From assembly GCA_043228905.1 (NCBI GenBank), contig JBHGNT010000015.1:18910001-18974000 (forward strand): 64,000 bases of DNA, read 5' to 3'. Within the stretch, counting starts at the first letter, position 1. Each line of letters starts with the position of its first letter. Below, piece by piece: positions 37,601 to 49,150 of this stretch. The stretch comes from Azolla caroliniana (Eukaryota; Plantae; Polypodiophyta). The notes below the pieces were generated by a model. It was not told the DNA's origin, did no database searches, and saw only the letters and a program-made list of their open reading frames with translations. Both the position numbers and the translations under genes were made by a program.

Positions 37601-40370
37601 TCCACACTCTTTGTGGTACATTCCCCTTCAAAGGCACTGATGGAGACCTGTTTATGAGATAAACAGCAGTCAACATTGCTTCAGCCCAATATGATTTTGG
37701 CAATTTTGCATGTGCCAACATGCTTCTTACCCTTTCCATTATGGTCCGATTCATTCTTTCTGCTAGACCATTTAGCTCAGGTGTCTTCGGCACCGTATAC
37801 TCAAGTTTGATGCCTTGAGTCTTGCAATACATTTCAAATTGGCCTCTATATTCGCCACCGTTATCTGTCCGGACAGCCTTCAGCTTTTGTCCGGATTCTC
37901 TTTCTGCCCTGGCATGAAACTCTTTAAAGACCGACAACACTTGGTCTTTAGACACCAGCACATAAGCCCACACTTTCCTACTGAAGTCATCAATAAATGT
38001 GACAAAGTATTGTCCTCCACGATGAGATGGGGCATCAACATAACATACATCGGTGTGCACCAACTCTAAGGCATGCTCTCTCCTCATTGGAGGCCTAGAG
38101 TGAAACGCTGTTCTATTTTGCTTTCCAGCGAGGCAATCCACACACCTTTCCAAATGCACTCCTTTCACCTCTGGTAGGAAATCCTTTTCCGCAAGGATAT
38201 GCATTCCCCTTTCACTCATATGTCCGAGCCTTTTATGCCACAACTCACCATCTGAGCCAGCCACTACATTTGCTTCCTCTCGACACAACTTCCCATGCAT
38301 TACATACAGTGTGTTCTGTTTTTGGGCTCGAGCCACGATCAGGCTCCCTTTACAGAACTTCCATGAACCATTTTGGAAGCCACCGCTGTACCCTTCATCG
38401 TCTAGCCGTCCAGCCGATATCAAGTTCAACCTGACATCCGGAACATGACGTACATCCTTCAACATTAACCTGCAGCCTGTAGATGTTAGCAAGCACACAG
38501 TTCCTATGCCCACAATCTTGCATTCCCCGTCATTTCCCATCTTTACATGACCATAGTCACCCGTTGTGTAGGATGAGAAACATTCTCTTTTGGGAGTTAG
38601 GTGAAATGATGCACCGGAATCCACTACCCATGAGCTCTCAGCACTTGCAAGATTCACACTAGCTTGTTCACATATGAACAACATCTCTTCCTCACTAGTT
38701 GCGATGGCTGAGGTATTTTTATCATCGGAGATTTTTCTAGGTTCGGTCTCATCAGCCATGCCTTTGTCCTTCCTAAGATGTCGACAATTCTTTTGGAAGT
38801 GACCAGGCTTCCCACAATAAAAACATGTAGGTCTTCCTCTAGATTTCGACCTAAACCTATCCCCATTTTCTAGACTTCTATGTTCTCTTCTACCTCTACT
38901 AAATTCTTGGGTCACATTAGCCTCCGATTGAGATAAAGTACTTTTATCCTTTCTTCTTGTCTCTTCATTTAGAATACTCGTTTTTACTACTTGTAAGGAT
39001 AAGTTGTCTTCTTTACATGAAGTGCTGAGTGTTACTATTAGGTTTTCCCAACTATCGGGTAGAGTACATAATAATAGTGTGGCCTGCATACAATCATCTA
39101 GTGGGAACTTTGATGATGCTAACTGATTCACTAGTCCCATAAACACACTAATGTGCTCTACTATACTCTCCCCATCTACATACTTCAGTCTCACTATCTT
39201 CCTCATCAAGAAGGTCTTATTTAAGGCATTTTTCCTTTCATAGAGGGCGGAAAGCTTATGCCATAGCTCGAAAGCATTTGTGTCACTCGCTACATGTTGT
39301 AGGACACTAATGTCTACACATTGTCTTATGGTCGCCACTGCCTTCCTATTTAGGATTCTCCACTCCGAATCTATTACCCCCTTTGGTATATCCTTGTTTT
39401 CTATGGGCTCATACAAGTCTTTTACTATTAGGAGATCTTCCATTTTGATCTTCCAATCTGAATAGTTCTGTGAGTTCAAGACAATCATCCCAGGAAAACC
39501 ACTCACGCTCCCTTCCATCTAGAACCTTGCTCTGATACCAGTTTGAAAGAGTTTCACTCCGATTCGAAATCAGAGATTGAACTTAGACGCAAACAGAAAT
39601 AAGAAAGAACACACAATTTACGTGGAAAACCCTGATTTGGGGAAAAACCACGGAACAGAGATTTCACTATGAGAAATGACAGAATACAACCACAGAACAA
39701 TGAAACCTGATTTGGTATGAGCATATACTGAAACCACGATTTCAGTCAACCTCTTCAAACTCTAGCACGCATGTGACTATTCCTTTCGAAGCTTCCGAAG
39801 CTTCTCTGTCTTTTTCTCTTTTGCTTCACACTTCTTTTCTTCTTACTTAGCTTCTGAGTACGTATACTCTTGCACAGCCACTACTGTGCAGAAAACCAGT
39901 CGTTCTCAGATTCACCACGCACAACACAACCCGTTTTTCTCTCAGATATATATATATATATATATATCTCACACCCTCACATACGTTATGTAGATTTTCC
40001 CCCCTTTTCTCACTATTTCACTCTTAGTGAGTTATCCCACATACAGGCGCACTACCAGGCCTGTCAGCATATATATACTAGGTCATTTTCTTCTTTGTAT
40101 GTAGAAGACATATGTATATGTATATGTGTGTCAATTCGATTGAGTACGAATTTGACTCTCTCACCGAATTCGATCAGCTAACCCCCGATTCGGTTCTTCG
40201 CAATTGACTATTCTTTTGCTTTCCGAATTTCGACCAAATTCGGTAAATCGGTTTTACGGCCGATTTCAATAATTCGACTCTTTTCGGCTTTTCGGCCGAT
40301 TTCGACCAGTCGACACTCAAGTCGACTTTTCGGCCGACTCCCCCGCAAGGAGGGACGCCTTTACACAACA
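34662..40370 (-). mobile_element. Intact full-length Ty1/copia LTR retrotransposon (Tnt1/Tork-like; element E)
   Basis: LTRs 34662-35490 and 39544-40370, 5-bp TSD ATTAT, PBS-Met 39529-39540, PPT AGGGGGAG at about 35493-35500, single uninterrupted ORF. Confidence 0.98.
35481..39518 (-). CDS. copia gag-pol polyprotein, 1345 aa (gag, zinc knuckle, protease, integrase, RT, RNase H)
   Basis: CFYCGKPGHFQKNC, WVVDSGASFH, WHKRLGH, TDNGGEY, QLDVKTAFLHG, LYVDDM, CDNQSAI in copia domain order. Confidence 0.97.
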   Translation of the reverse strand: MEGSVSGFPGMIVLNSQNYSDWKIKMEDLLIVKDLYEPIENKDIPKGVIDSEWRILNRKAVATIRQCVDISVLQHVASDTNAFELWHKLSALYERKNALNKTFLMRKIVRLKYVDGESIVEHISVFMGLVNQLASSKFPLDDCMQATLLLCTLPDSWENLIVTLSTSCKEDNLSLQVVKTSILNEETRRKDKSTLSQSEANVTQEFSRGRREHRSLENGDRFRSKSRGRPTCFYCGKPGHFQKNCRHLRKDKGMADETEPRKISDDKNTSAIATSEEEMLFICEQASVNLASAESSWVVDSGASFHLTPKRECFSSYTTGDYGHVKMGNDGECKIVGIGTVCLLTSTGCRLMLKDVRHVPDVRLNLISAGRLDDEGYSGGFQNGSWKFCKGSLIVARAQKQNTLYVMHGKLCREEANVVAGSDGELWHKRLGHMSERGMHILAEKDFLPEVKGVHLERCVDCLAGKQNRTAFHSRPPMRREHALELVHTDVCYVDAPSHRGGQYFVTFIDDFSRKVWAYVLVSKDQVLSVFKEFHARAERESGQKLKAVRTDNGGEYRGQFEMYCKTQGIKLEYTVPKTPELNGLAERMNRTIMERVRSMLAHAKLPKSYWAEAMLTAVYLINRSPSVPLKGNVPQRVWTRRNVSYQHLKVFGCLAYVHVAKDQRSKLDSKSKPCIFLGYSEDEFGYRMWDLLDKKVIRSRDVIFMEDKTIEDWEQQRPESSPKSITAMESILVDPTHTQQSANEIEFESVDTQQQSESVDTQHLTDTHESESEDELLEENGHQPIIEGRRYPRRQRKVSSRYPASQYVLLTDEGEPECYEEAMTDAHKEKWYNAMQEEMDSLHENLTYELMELPDGKKALRNKWVYKLKTGEDGSTPRYKARIVVKGFQQKKGVDFDEIFAPVVKMTSIRTVLSMAASMNLEIEQLDVKTAFLHGELEEEIYMQQPEGFEVKGKENLVCRLKKSLYGLKQAPRQWYKKFESFMLEHGFHKTQADHCVFVKRYNEGDFLILLLYVDDMLVVGQDVKKIASLKKSLSKSFAMKDLGPAKQILGMHIVRDRTENLLWLSQEKYVTKVLQRFNMCDAKSVGSPLPMDCKLNSGQCPKSEKDKAEMRRVPYASAVGSLMYAMVCTRPDIAFAVGTISRYMGNPGREHWEAVKWILRYLKGTSNVCLRYGSGKPVLEGFTDSDMSGDVDSSRSTSGYVMMYSGGAVSWQSRLQKVVALSTTEAEYMAAMEAGKELIWMREFLNELGLKQDKYLLHCDNQSAIHLAKNATYHSRTKHIQRRYHWLRERVEENEFVLSKIPTEENGSDMLTKILPMEKLVACRNKIGLVGSPPTGVKGEFVV

Positions 40371-41255
40371 ATTATTGATCTTGAAATATAGTCGTCGACC
40401 TTTTTCCATAAAGTCTATATGTGATACATGACACCAAAATCATTTTATTATATCAAAACTCAGCTGATATGTCAACACTATTTGCATTGTGAGGGTGTCT
40501 TATTACAATTGAAACCACGTCGGAGTCTTTCAATTTTATACTTAATAGCATATATGCCCCATGTTGTGTCTCATTAATCTTTCATTGAAAATGTACCTTT
40601 ATTAATTTGTGATGATGCCGCAAAGTTTTAATTATTTATAGTAGTTTGTATCTCAATTTCTTGTATGGGAATATATAATCATTAATCAATTACACAATGT
40701 TTACCAAAATTCTTCAATATTTTGATTGTTTGGTGTGGAGATAACATAACTAAGCACAAAGAAGTTAGGAGTTGGAAGGTGGTAATTTTTCTATTCGTTA
40801 ATCAAATTTGGACAACTTTGATTAGCTAATTAATGCAAAGTTTGTGAAAATTATTTGTAGTTACGAAAAGAGGGCATTGTGGCAATTCGATAAAACTTAG
40901 GTCGTTTGTTATATGTTTAGGTACTAAGGTGTCATCGTTTAAAACTTAGACTATATAACTTCATTATAGTTTTGTCATCTTGATCATAGAAAAGCGACAT
41001 ACTAAACTACATCTCCTATAGGATCCAACTACTTGTCTTGTGTTGTTGTGGGTTCCATACCAAGTGATTTGCAGTAGATTACTTAACATTTGGCAACCTT
41101 GTTGCGAACAAAAGATTTCATCAAATTTCAAGAATTTATAACACATTTACTAAGTACTTCATTTAAACTATTCGGGTCTTTATGTACATGTAGCTACTCT
41201 CCTTGACCAAACTTTCTCCCTCTATTATTCCCACAAGATTTGTGAACAAGACTAA

Positions 41256-42134
41256 CATTTCCTTAAGTTGCAGACTAGTTTCTTTGACTTATCTTGTGTT
41301 GAGTTCATTGACATTTTGGGTGCCAAGAGTGTTTTGATGATTATGTGCTTGGGCATTCCTCTACAGAGCTTGAGGACCCAACACTATTCAATTGCTCCGA
41401 TCTCTGTAATATTGTTGTCTTCCTTAATCAAAGGTTCGATAACTTTCAAGAAAGTCATCAATTTAGAAGCTTCGTACCCTTGGGTTTGAACCTTGTGGTC
41501 CACCCATATGTATTCACCATTCACCATACTTGTAAAACACTTATCTATCATTTCCTTAAGTTGCGGACTAGTTTCTTTGACTTATCTTGTGTTGAGTTGA
41601 TCGATAGTTTGGGTGCCAAGAGTGTTTTGATGATTATATGCTTGGGCATTCCTCTACAAAGCTTGAGGACCAACCACTATTCAGTTGCTCCGATCTCTGT
41701 AATATTGTTGTCTTCCTTAATCAAAGGTTCGATAACTTTCAAGAAAGTCATCAATGTAGAAGCTTCGTACCCTTGGGTTTGAACCTTGTGGTCCACCCAT
41801 ATGTATTCACCATTCATCATACTTGTAAAACACTTTTCTATCATTTCCTTAAGTTGCGGACTAGTTTCTTTGACTTATCTTGTGTTGAGTTGATCGATAG
41901 TTTGGGTGCCAAGAGTGTTTTGATGATTATGTGCTTAGGCATTCATCTACAGAGCTTGAGGACCCAACACTATTCAGTTGCTCTGATCTCTGTAATATTG
42001 TTGTCTTCCTTAATCAAAGGTTCGATAACTTTCAAGAAAGTCATCAATGTAGAAGCTTCGTCCCTTGGGTTTGAACCTTGTGGTCCACCCATATGTATTG
42101 ACCATTCATCATACTTGTAAAACACTTTTCTATC
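41256..42134. repeat. Tandem triplication of a 293-bp unit
   Basis: Units start at CATTTCCTTAAGTTG at 41256, 41549 and 41842 and are highly similar. Confidence 0.93.
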
Positions 42135-42299
42135 AAAAGTTAGTTCAACTTTCTTTTCTTCCCCTTTTGCCAAGTTCATGATGAATGTAGGTTCATATTC
42201 AGAAGCAATACACTTGCAAATGAACTCATCTTCAGTTTTCATTTATCTTACTCCAACCATCTTTCCTTGGGTACTAACCTTTATCCACTTGATAAATGA

Positions 42300-43300
42300 C
42301 ACCTTAAGTTTCTCATCTTCTATCCTTTACTTTGGTGTGCCTAATGATTGTCAAGGTTTAAGTCATGGTTTAAATGGGTTTCTAATATGATTACACAAAA
42401 TTGTCCAGAATGGATTGATGTGTTGAATGAATGTCAACACCAAATTGATTATGCACATCACATCCTCTATGCTTTCATATCCATCATGTTGGGATGGATA
42501 AGGACAATCAACCTTTTTGGATCCTTAGTTTTTATTAGCATGCATTACATTTATAGATGATTTGTGAGAATTGTTTAAGCAAATGTCTTCACCATTGGGA
42601 ATTTGCTAACACATAACTATCATAAATGAAATTAATAATTTTTAATGTTATATCCTATGGCTCAAATCGGTTTCAACTTTCTACCCACATGTTGTGAAAA
42701 AGCCACAAAGATTTGTTTTGTGAAAGAATCGAACTGAACATGTACCAATAGTGCCATTGGCAAAGACTTACGCATGTCTATTGATTTCTCGCAAAATTCA
42801 AAACAATGATGAAGTGGTTAGAAGACTACATCTAGTAGAGTTGTCATATCAAATACTTTGTGCAAAAACTAATAATAATATATCAAATACATTCTATCCC
42901 TCTGGCGTCACATTTCCGTATGTTGAGTAGATAAGATGTAAATCCATGTTTATCTTGATGCAACCAAGTCCATGGATCAAACTTAAGAACTTCCAAAGCT
43001 AATTGTTTCCAAGCATTTGGCTCAAGGGCATTTACAATCAAGTGTTGAAAGTACAAGTTGATCCATCAATATACATATTGAAGTCACCCATGAGCAATGT
43101 TGAATGGCCCATTCATAACCATTGGTGAAGGGAAGACATAACTCAATAATTAATACATTGAGTAGCATTGTGACAAGCATAAATGCTTGCAAAAAATAAA
43201 GCCTCATCTAAATAAGCGATTTCTACAACAAAAAATCAACCATAGGGATCATTGTGCACAATAGTGGACAAAAGTTGTCATGCACTATCATTACCACACG
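42300..43300 (-). mobile_element. Decayed L1-type LINE endonuclease region
   Basis: Minus strand LFFASIYACHN...TLLMGDFNM with in-frame stops; boundaries uncertain. Confidence 0.45.
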
Positions 43301-43574
43301 TGAATAATGATGAGAAAGTTGTGTTGCATAAAATAAAGAATAACCATGCAAGTGGATTATGGAGTCATGGCACATATGTTTAATGACACACAGTGTATTC
43401 CATTCTCTACTTAAGATAGTTCCCTTGGTATATATATCTTATTTGGGGGCCATGACACACAACTCTTAAATTCCATGACCGCTTCCATGCAATTAGCGTA
43501 ATTTAAGTGTTTGTTCTTGTAGAGGCAACTAATTGTATAAAATTATTGAATGTGTTTTTCAAGGATGCATAAGG

Positions 43575-45950
43575 GAAGCAGTAGCCCTTGCCAAGCGTAC
43601 CAACAACAAGGTAGCGGTGGTGCTACTAGATTTTGAGAAAGCATATGACAGGGTTTGCTAGAAGTTTCTTGAAAGTGTGATGGGGAAACTCGGTTTTCAA
43701 GAGACATGGATCAAAGGGATTGCAGGACTTTATAGGAACAACAACAATTGCATTTCATTGGCAGGTGAAAGGGGTCCCTTTTTCCGAATATCCCGATCTA
43801 TATGACAAGGATGCCCACTAGCTCCATCCTTATTTCTATTATATGCCGAAGCACTCTCTTGCTTTCTCAACTTGCGGCATCTCAACCTATGTGGTCTTCT
43901 CGTGCCTCATTCTCATCGAAGCATCCTAGATATAGAATTTGCAGATGACACAGCGATCTACCTGCAAGGGGACTTAGAAAACCTACAAAAGCTCGAAAGT
44001 GGGTTAGCTGTATTTTGCAAGAGATCCAATGCCATGATCAATTAGCACAAATCCTGTGCAATATGGCTTTCTCATGAAACACATCCTACGTGGCACCCAC
44101 ATCCCGCTTTCAAAGGGATCAATCAAGGAGCGAGCACCAAATATTTGGGTTTCCAAATTGGTTTCAACATACCGCCGGAGACTATGATTGCACCCGTTAT
44201 CCATTCCATTCGACAAAAGTTGATACATTGGAGTTCGAAATAACTGTCGCTAGCGGGTCGCATCATAGTGGCAAACCAGGTACTATTTGCAACAACATGG
44301 TACAATCTATCATGTTGGACAATCTCCAAGGACAATATACATCAGATTCAACGACTGGTACGCAACTACATTTGGTCTGGCAAGGAAGATCATGTAACTC
44401 GTGCCAAGGTGGCATGGCCTATACTCACAACACCTAAGTCGAGAAGGGGATTGGGTCTGGTTGATCCCCTCTCACAATCAAAATCCTTACTTGCCAAATT
44501 TGTGGTGCGAGGACTCCAACCAGGAAATGATTGTTGGAAAATGCTACTATGGTTACATTTCGCTTACTTTAGGCCACGAAAAGGGGTTAATTGGGCCCCC
44601 CAAACGGGATGGATTCTAAATATGGATCTCAAACCTAGTTTCTCCCGCCAATTGGAGGATAGATTCAATGCATCCATGTGGAAGGCATGGTGTGACATTA
44701 GACAACGGCTCAAGTGCGATCAACCGAGTCTGAACCTGCCTGGCTCAGTCAACGTATCCTATAGAACCCATGTATCAAGGATGAATCTAATCAACTACTT
44801 GGATCAAGTAAGGGGTTGTCATGGGGATACATTGCAGAAGGTCCGGGAAAAAGTATAGAATGTTGGAGAGAGTTTATGTCACTACCACTACAAGATCAAG
44901 CCAACATACTCCATGGCATTAGGGGTGGATGGACTATGAGACCGGAAATCAATAACGCTCTACTGATTAGGGAAGCCACTACTCATAGGACGACAATGGA
45001 GAAATGGATAGGATACGAGGAGGAGGGATCTTTGATCCGGAGAGGTAGGGGATCACCAGACAAGATCAAAGGCTCTGAATTGCGAGACACTGAGACACCA
45101 ACACAGAATAACGCAATTTGAGTACTCGCGTATATTGGTCATAAATGGATTGTAGATCCTGATCCGATCAAAGTACAACCCGATTGGCACATATGTACTC
45201 ATGAAAACACATGGCTATGTAAGGTCAGTTGGGACCCTTTGCAATGGACATGGCGTGATCCTTATGCGGAGCAAGGAAGCAAACCCATCCCTTTCTTCCA
45301 ATTCACAACTAGATTGGGTCACCACATCCTAGCTGCTCAAATTGCCCGAGAGCCGGCTACTACAAAGGTCTAGCACACATATCAAGTTCCTCACACAATT
45401 ATCGCCAAGTTTTGGCAGAAAATCTGGAAACAACAACACGCAAGGCGAATTACCACGTTCCAATGGCTATTAATACATAAGTCACTATCCGAGTTGGCAG
45501 ATACAAGCATCAAGAGGGGGGGATGACTTTGGTGATAAAATCACAAGAGGTTTTTTTCTCCACCATCGGCAATGTCCACTCAACTCCTCTTAATGACAAA
45601 TCTCAAGTTGTGTTGGAATTGGTCACCCCAATAACTCTTTGGATTCTATGGAAACAACAGTGTAGACGGGTCTTCTCCAACCAAATCGCGCATCCAACAA
45701 TGTTACTACAAGAGATATGGAGTGAAATTGTAGCCACTCTAAAGAGCCAATATGATGGCCTCAAGGGTAGCTCCGATGGAGTTGAAAGACAACGAATAGC
45801 CTTCATCCAACAATGGTCGTCCTCTCCCTTTCTTGAGTCAGTGGGCATCCACATAAGATGGAACTATCACATCCCTACAAGGATTTGTATATAATCATCT
45901 CATTTGTAAAATTTTATAACTAATGGAAGGAGTTTTTTTGGGGAAAAAAA
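43575..45950 (+). mobile_element. 5'-truncated L1-clade LINE (RT to C-terminus), decayed
   Basis: LLDFEKAYDRV, QGCPLAPSLF, EFADDT, KYLG, LSLAGRIIVAN, RAKVAW...GLGL, ITLWILWKQ; A-rich end. Confidence 0.88.
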
Positions 45951-46224
45951 AGAAGAAGGTTTTGAATGACGACCAATCAAGCATTTGCATAAGGATCCTT
46001 GACAAAGATAATCTTGAAACAATGCATTACTCCTTCAAGTGCAATTTGATCCTTTAGGTCGGGTTGTACATTCACCCATTTCTCAAGGATCTTACATTTG
46101 AGGGCCCAGACATAAGGTCTCAATACTTGCATGGAAATCTTTATGGCAAGACCCTCCAATGTGAGACCCTTGAGCATTAGGCAATCGTACAACCCGACCC
46201 AAAAAATAAAATTGCCATTGAAGG

Positions 46225-46682
46225 TAACAATCGGCAACGGTTCGGTTCGAGAGGGTCAAAACTGAACCATTAAAATTTTTAGAAACCTGAACCGAACTGA
46301 ACCACAAAACTGTTAAACCAAACCATTAGAAAATTTTCAAACTGTTAAGCCATTAAACTGGTAAAACCACGGTTTTGTGGTTCGGTTCCATTTTCAACTT
46401 AGGTCAAATTTTAAATTTTAAAATATTTCATTATTTAAATTTTCAAAAGTTTAAATATTTTCCTAAAATGTGAGAATGAGGCATTAAAATGGAAAGATTG
46501 TTTAAAAACTTTTTTTACAATTTTTTTAAAATAAAATTAAAAATAAAAAACCGTTAAACCGTTTAAACTGCGGTTTCTAACTGTTGAAACCGAACCGAAC
46601 CTTTAAACATAAACCCGAACCATTTAAACCGTTAAGCCACGGTTTCGCGGTTCGGTTCAAACCGAACCGTTGCCAATTGTTA
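46225..46682. mobile_element. hAT-type MITE, same family as 11117-11531, opposite orientation
   Basis: Same TIR TAACAATCGGCAACGGTTCGGTT; 8-bp TSD ATTGAAGG / ATTAAAGG (one mismatch). Confidence 0.88.
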
Positions 46683-47699
46683 ATTAAAGGGGCAACCCAC
46701 TATTTCAAGATTATCTACCTCAAGGATTATTCTTGGGATCCTCCCTCAATCTTGAATCTCTTTTCAAGAGTGACTATTAGTACCTACCTCCTTACTTTCC
46801 TTGCACATCATGTCACTATTTCTCCTCAAAGTTATTCTCTTTTGGCATGATAGCTAGTTGTTTTTCATTATTAGGACCATGACTTCAAGTTTGATTATCA
46901 TTGCTATACATACCTTAGATTTTCCTTTACTCATGAATCATAAACACGTCAACAATTGACAATCCAACATTTGCCCCCCATTTTCTTCCTTCCTTCCTAG
47001 CCTCGTCAATAAGGACCTCCATTGATGGGAGGTACATGTTGGTATTCAACCATTAGTGTCCCCATTTACCACATTGAAAACAATGACCTACAAATGTCTC
47101 CACTTCAATTTAAAACAATGTTATTTCATTCCAAGTGTATTCATATGCAATCTTACGATTTCTGTAATGTATCATGTGAAATTAACGTTTATTTGATGAA
47201 TTGGCTTACGATGTCACGAGAATTATGCCCTTGTATGTGAATGTTGAACACGAGAAGATGGCGGCTTTGTTGATGACACTAGTGATGAAGGGTTGGGGTT
47301 ATGGATTTCTCTTCCATCTTTGAAAAGTGGATATGCAGGTTACTTCTACATATATGTATATTAGGATACACAAAAAAGTTTATATGATCTTATGGCATCA
47401 CACTTGTGTAAATGTACGAGAATAGATCTGAATGTGTTGTGAATGTGTGAAAGGGGAAAGAAGAAAATAGTGTAAAACCTAGATGTGGAGTGTCTGGGTG
47501 ACTTTGGTCATTGGTTGTCGGTGCCGGGCTACATTCACATTAGTGGATTGCACATTCTTCTTTTCTTTTCTTCTCCGCTACTCCTTGTTGACCAATAGAG
47601 AAGCACTTGAATTGGTATTTTGACCAAAGTTAAATGTTGTTTGGTCAAACAAATATGATGTTGCGAGTTTGAATCTTGCCATTTGTTAAATTTTGTTTC

Positions 47700-48750
47700 T
47701 TTGTAATTTCTTCCCTAGCACTCGAAATTTCAACCAAAAGCTTTTGTTGCATTCCTTGTGGAAACCATTAGATGATGGTACATTGATTGATCCAAATCCA
47801 ACCTCCTACAAAATTAAGGCACATTTGAGTGTAGTTTTTACTCTAACACATGCTTCATGCTTGTTTATTAACTTTTCACGTTATGATCCAATTGCCAATT
47901 ACATCTCTTACCTCGTGAGTCATGTGTTTACATTGTTTAAAAAAATCCTTTTCTCACTATTTCTTCAATACTCGGTAGTCCTAATCTATTGTGCAATTGT
48001 GTGTAGGGTAGGAGTTCCTCTTTGAAATCTTTGGAGGTGTCTAAGCTTCTAGTTTAGCAATATAACCCAATGGTTGCGCCCTGTACTAGTATTGAGGTTA
48101 TCGGTTTGCCCTTAGGCATGTGTTGGTTTAGTTAGAGTATCCGAAATCAACTATGCTTAAGAAACTGAAATTAGGTTGCAACTTTGTGCCACCCTTGACT
48201 CCTTGTTAATGACTTTTGGAAGTGCTACATGGCATGAGTACGTTTATTATATCCTTTTGTTATAATCCCATGCACACTAACAACTACTTAAGTTTCTTTG
48301 GTCTGTGTGCAGTGATTTGTTTGGGAGGTGTGGGGCTAACGTCCATTGATGGTTAAGAATGTGAGTCTTGCTTTAGGACCCATTGTGATTTTGGTGCTTT
48401 TTTGGGCCATGATGTTTTGGTAATGACCTTAGACCTTACATATTTTGACAGTTGAACAAACAAGATTTCAATTTCTTTCTCAACAACCTTGGGCTCCTCA
48501 AGGACATCTAGAAGTTTGGGTTCTAAGGCGATGTGTTCTATGACCATGTCAATATATTCCAATGTGTTAGTTGAGAAAGCATTAGCATGATGACCTACAT
48601 TCAAGTATAGGTCTCTTTGTAATCTTGTTGTCAACCACCCTTGCATAGGTTTTGTTTCTATTCTAAACTCTTTGTCAAATTGTATTCCTTTATTTTCATT
48701 TTCTATGATGGGCCTAAAAACTAAATAGGTCACAGGGCTTCCCAACTGAC
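47700..48750 (-). mobile_element. Decayed copia-like gag/protease remnant
   Basis: KSQWVLK (WVPK-like) followed by SIVDFGYSN (WIVDSGCSN-like); heavily degraded. Confidence 0.35.
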
Positions 48751-49150
48751 ATATTATGTCTCTACTTTTTTTGAAATATTTGTATAAAGCCTTCTCATGA
48801 AAGTCATCATGTGTTGGGTTAAGGAAAATCCTTCACATTAAGCGTTCATGAGAAATCCTTCGCAGGAAACTGTCTTGAGAAATCCTTCACATCTAGTCTT
48901 CATGTGAAAGGTTTTATGTGTTAGCATCGAGAAAAGCCTTCATGTGGTGTGCATAACCATAACTAAGCATGAGATAGATTTTCCGCAATTTTCCCTAATC
49001 TTATGATAAGTGATAGAAATTTCCAATTTTACAAGTTTATGATGGAACCTAGAAACTACCTTGAGCATGTGCACCACAAACCAACCTCAGTCTCATGGAC
49101 TAATAGAACAAGTGTTCAAATCGATGAGGAATATGCTTTAACCTTATGGG

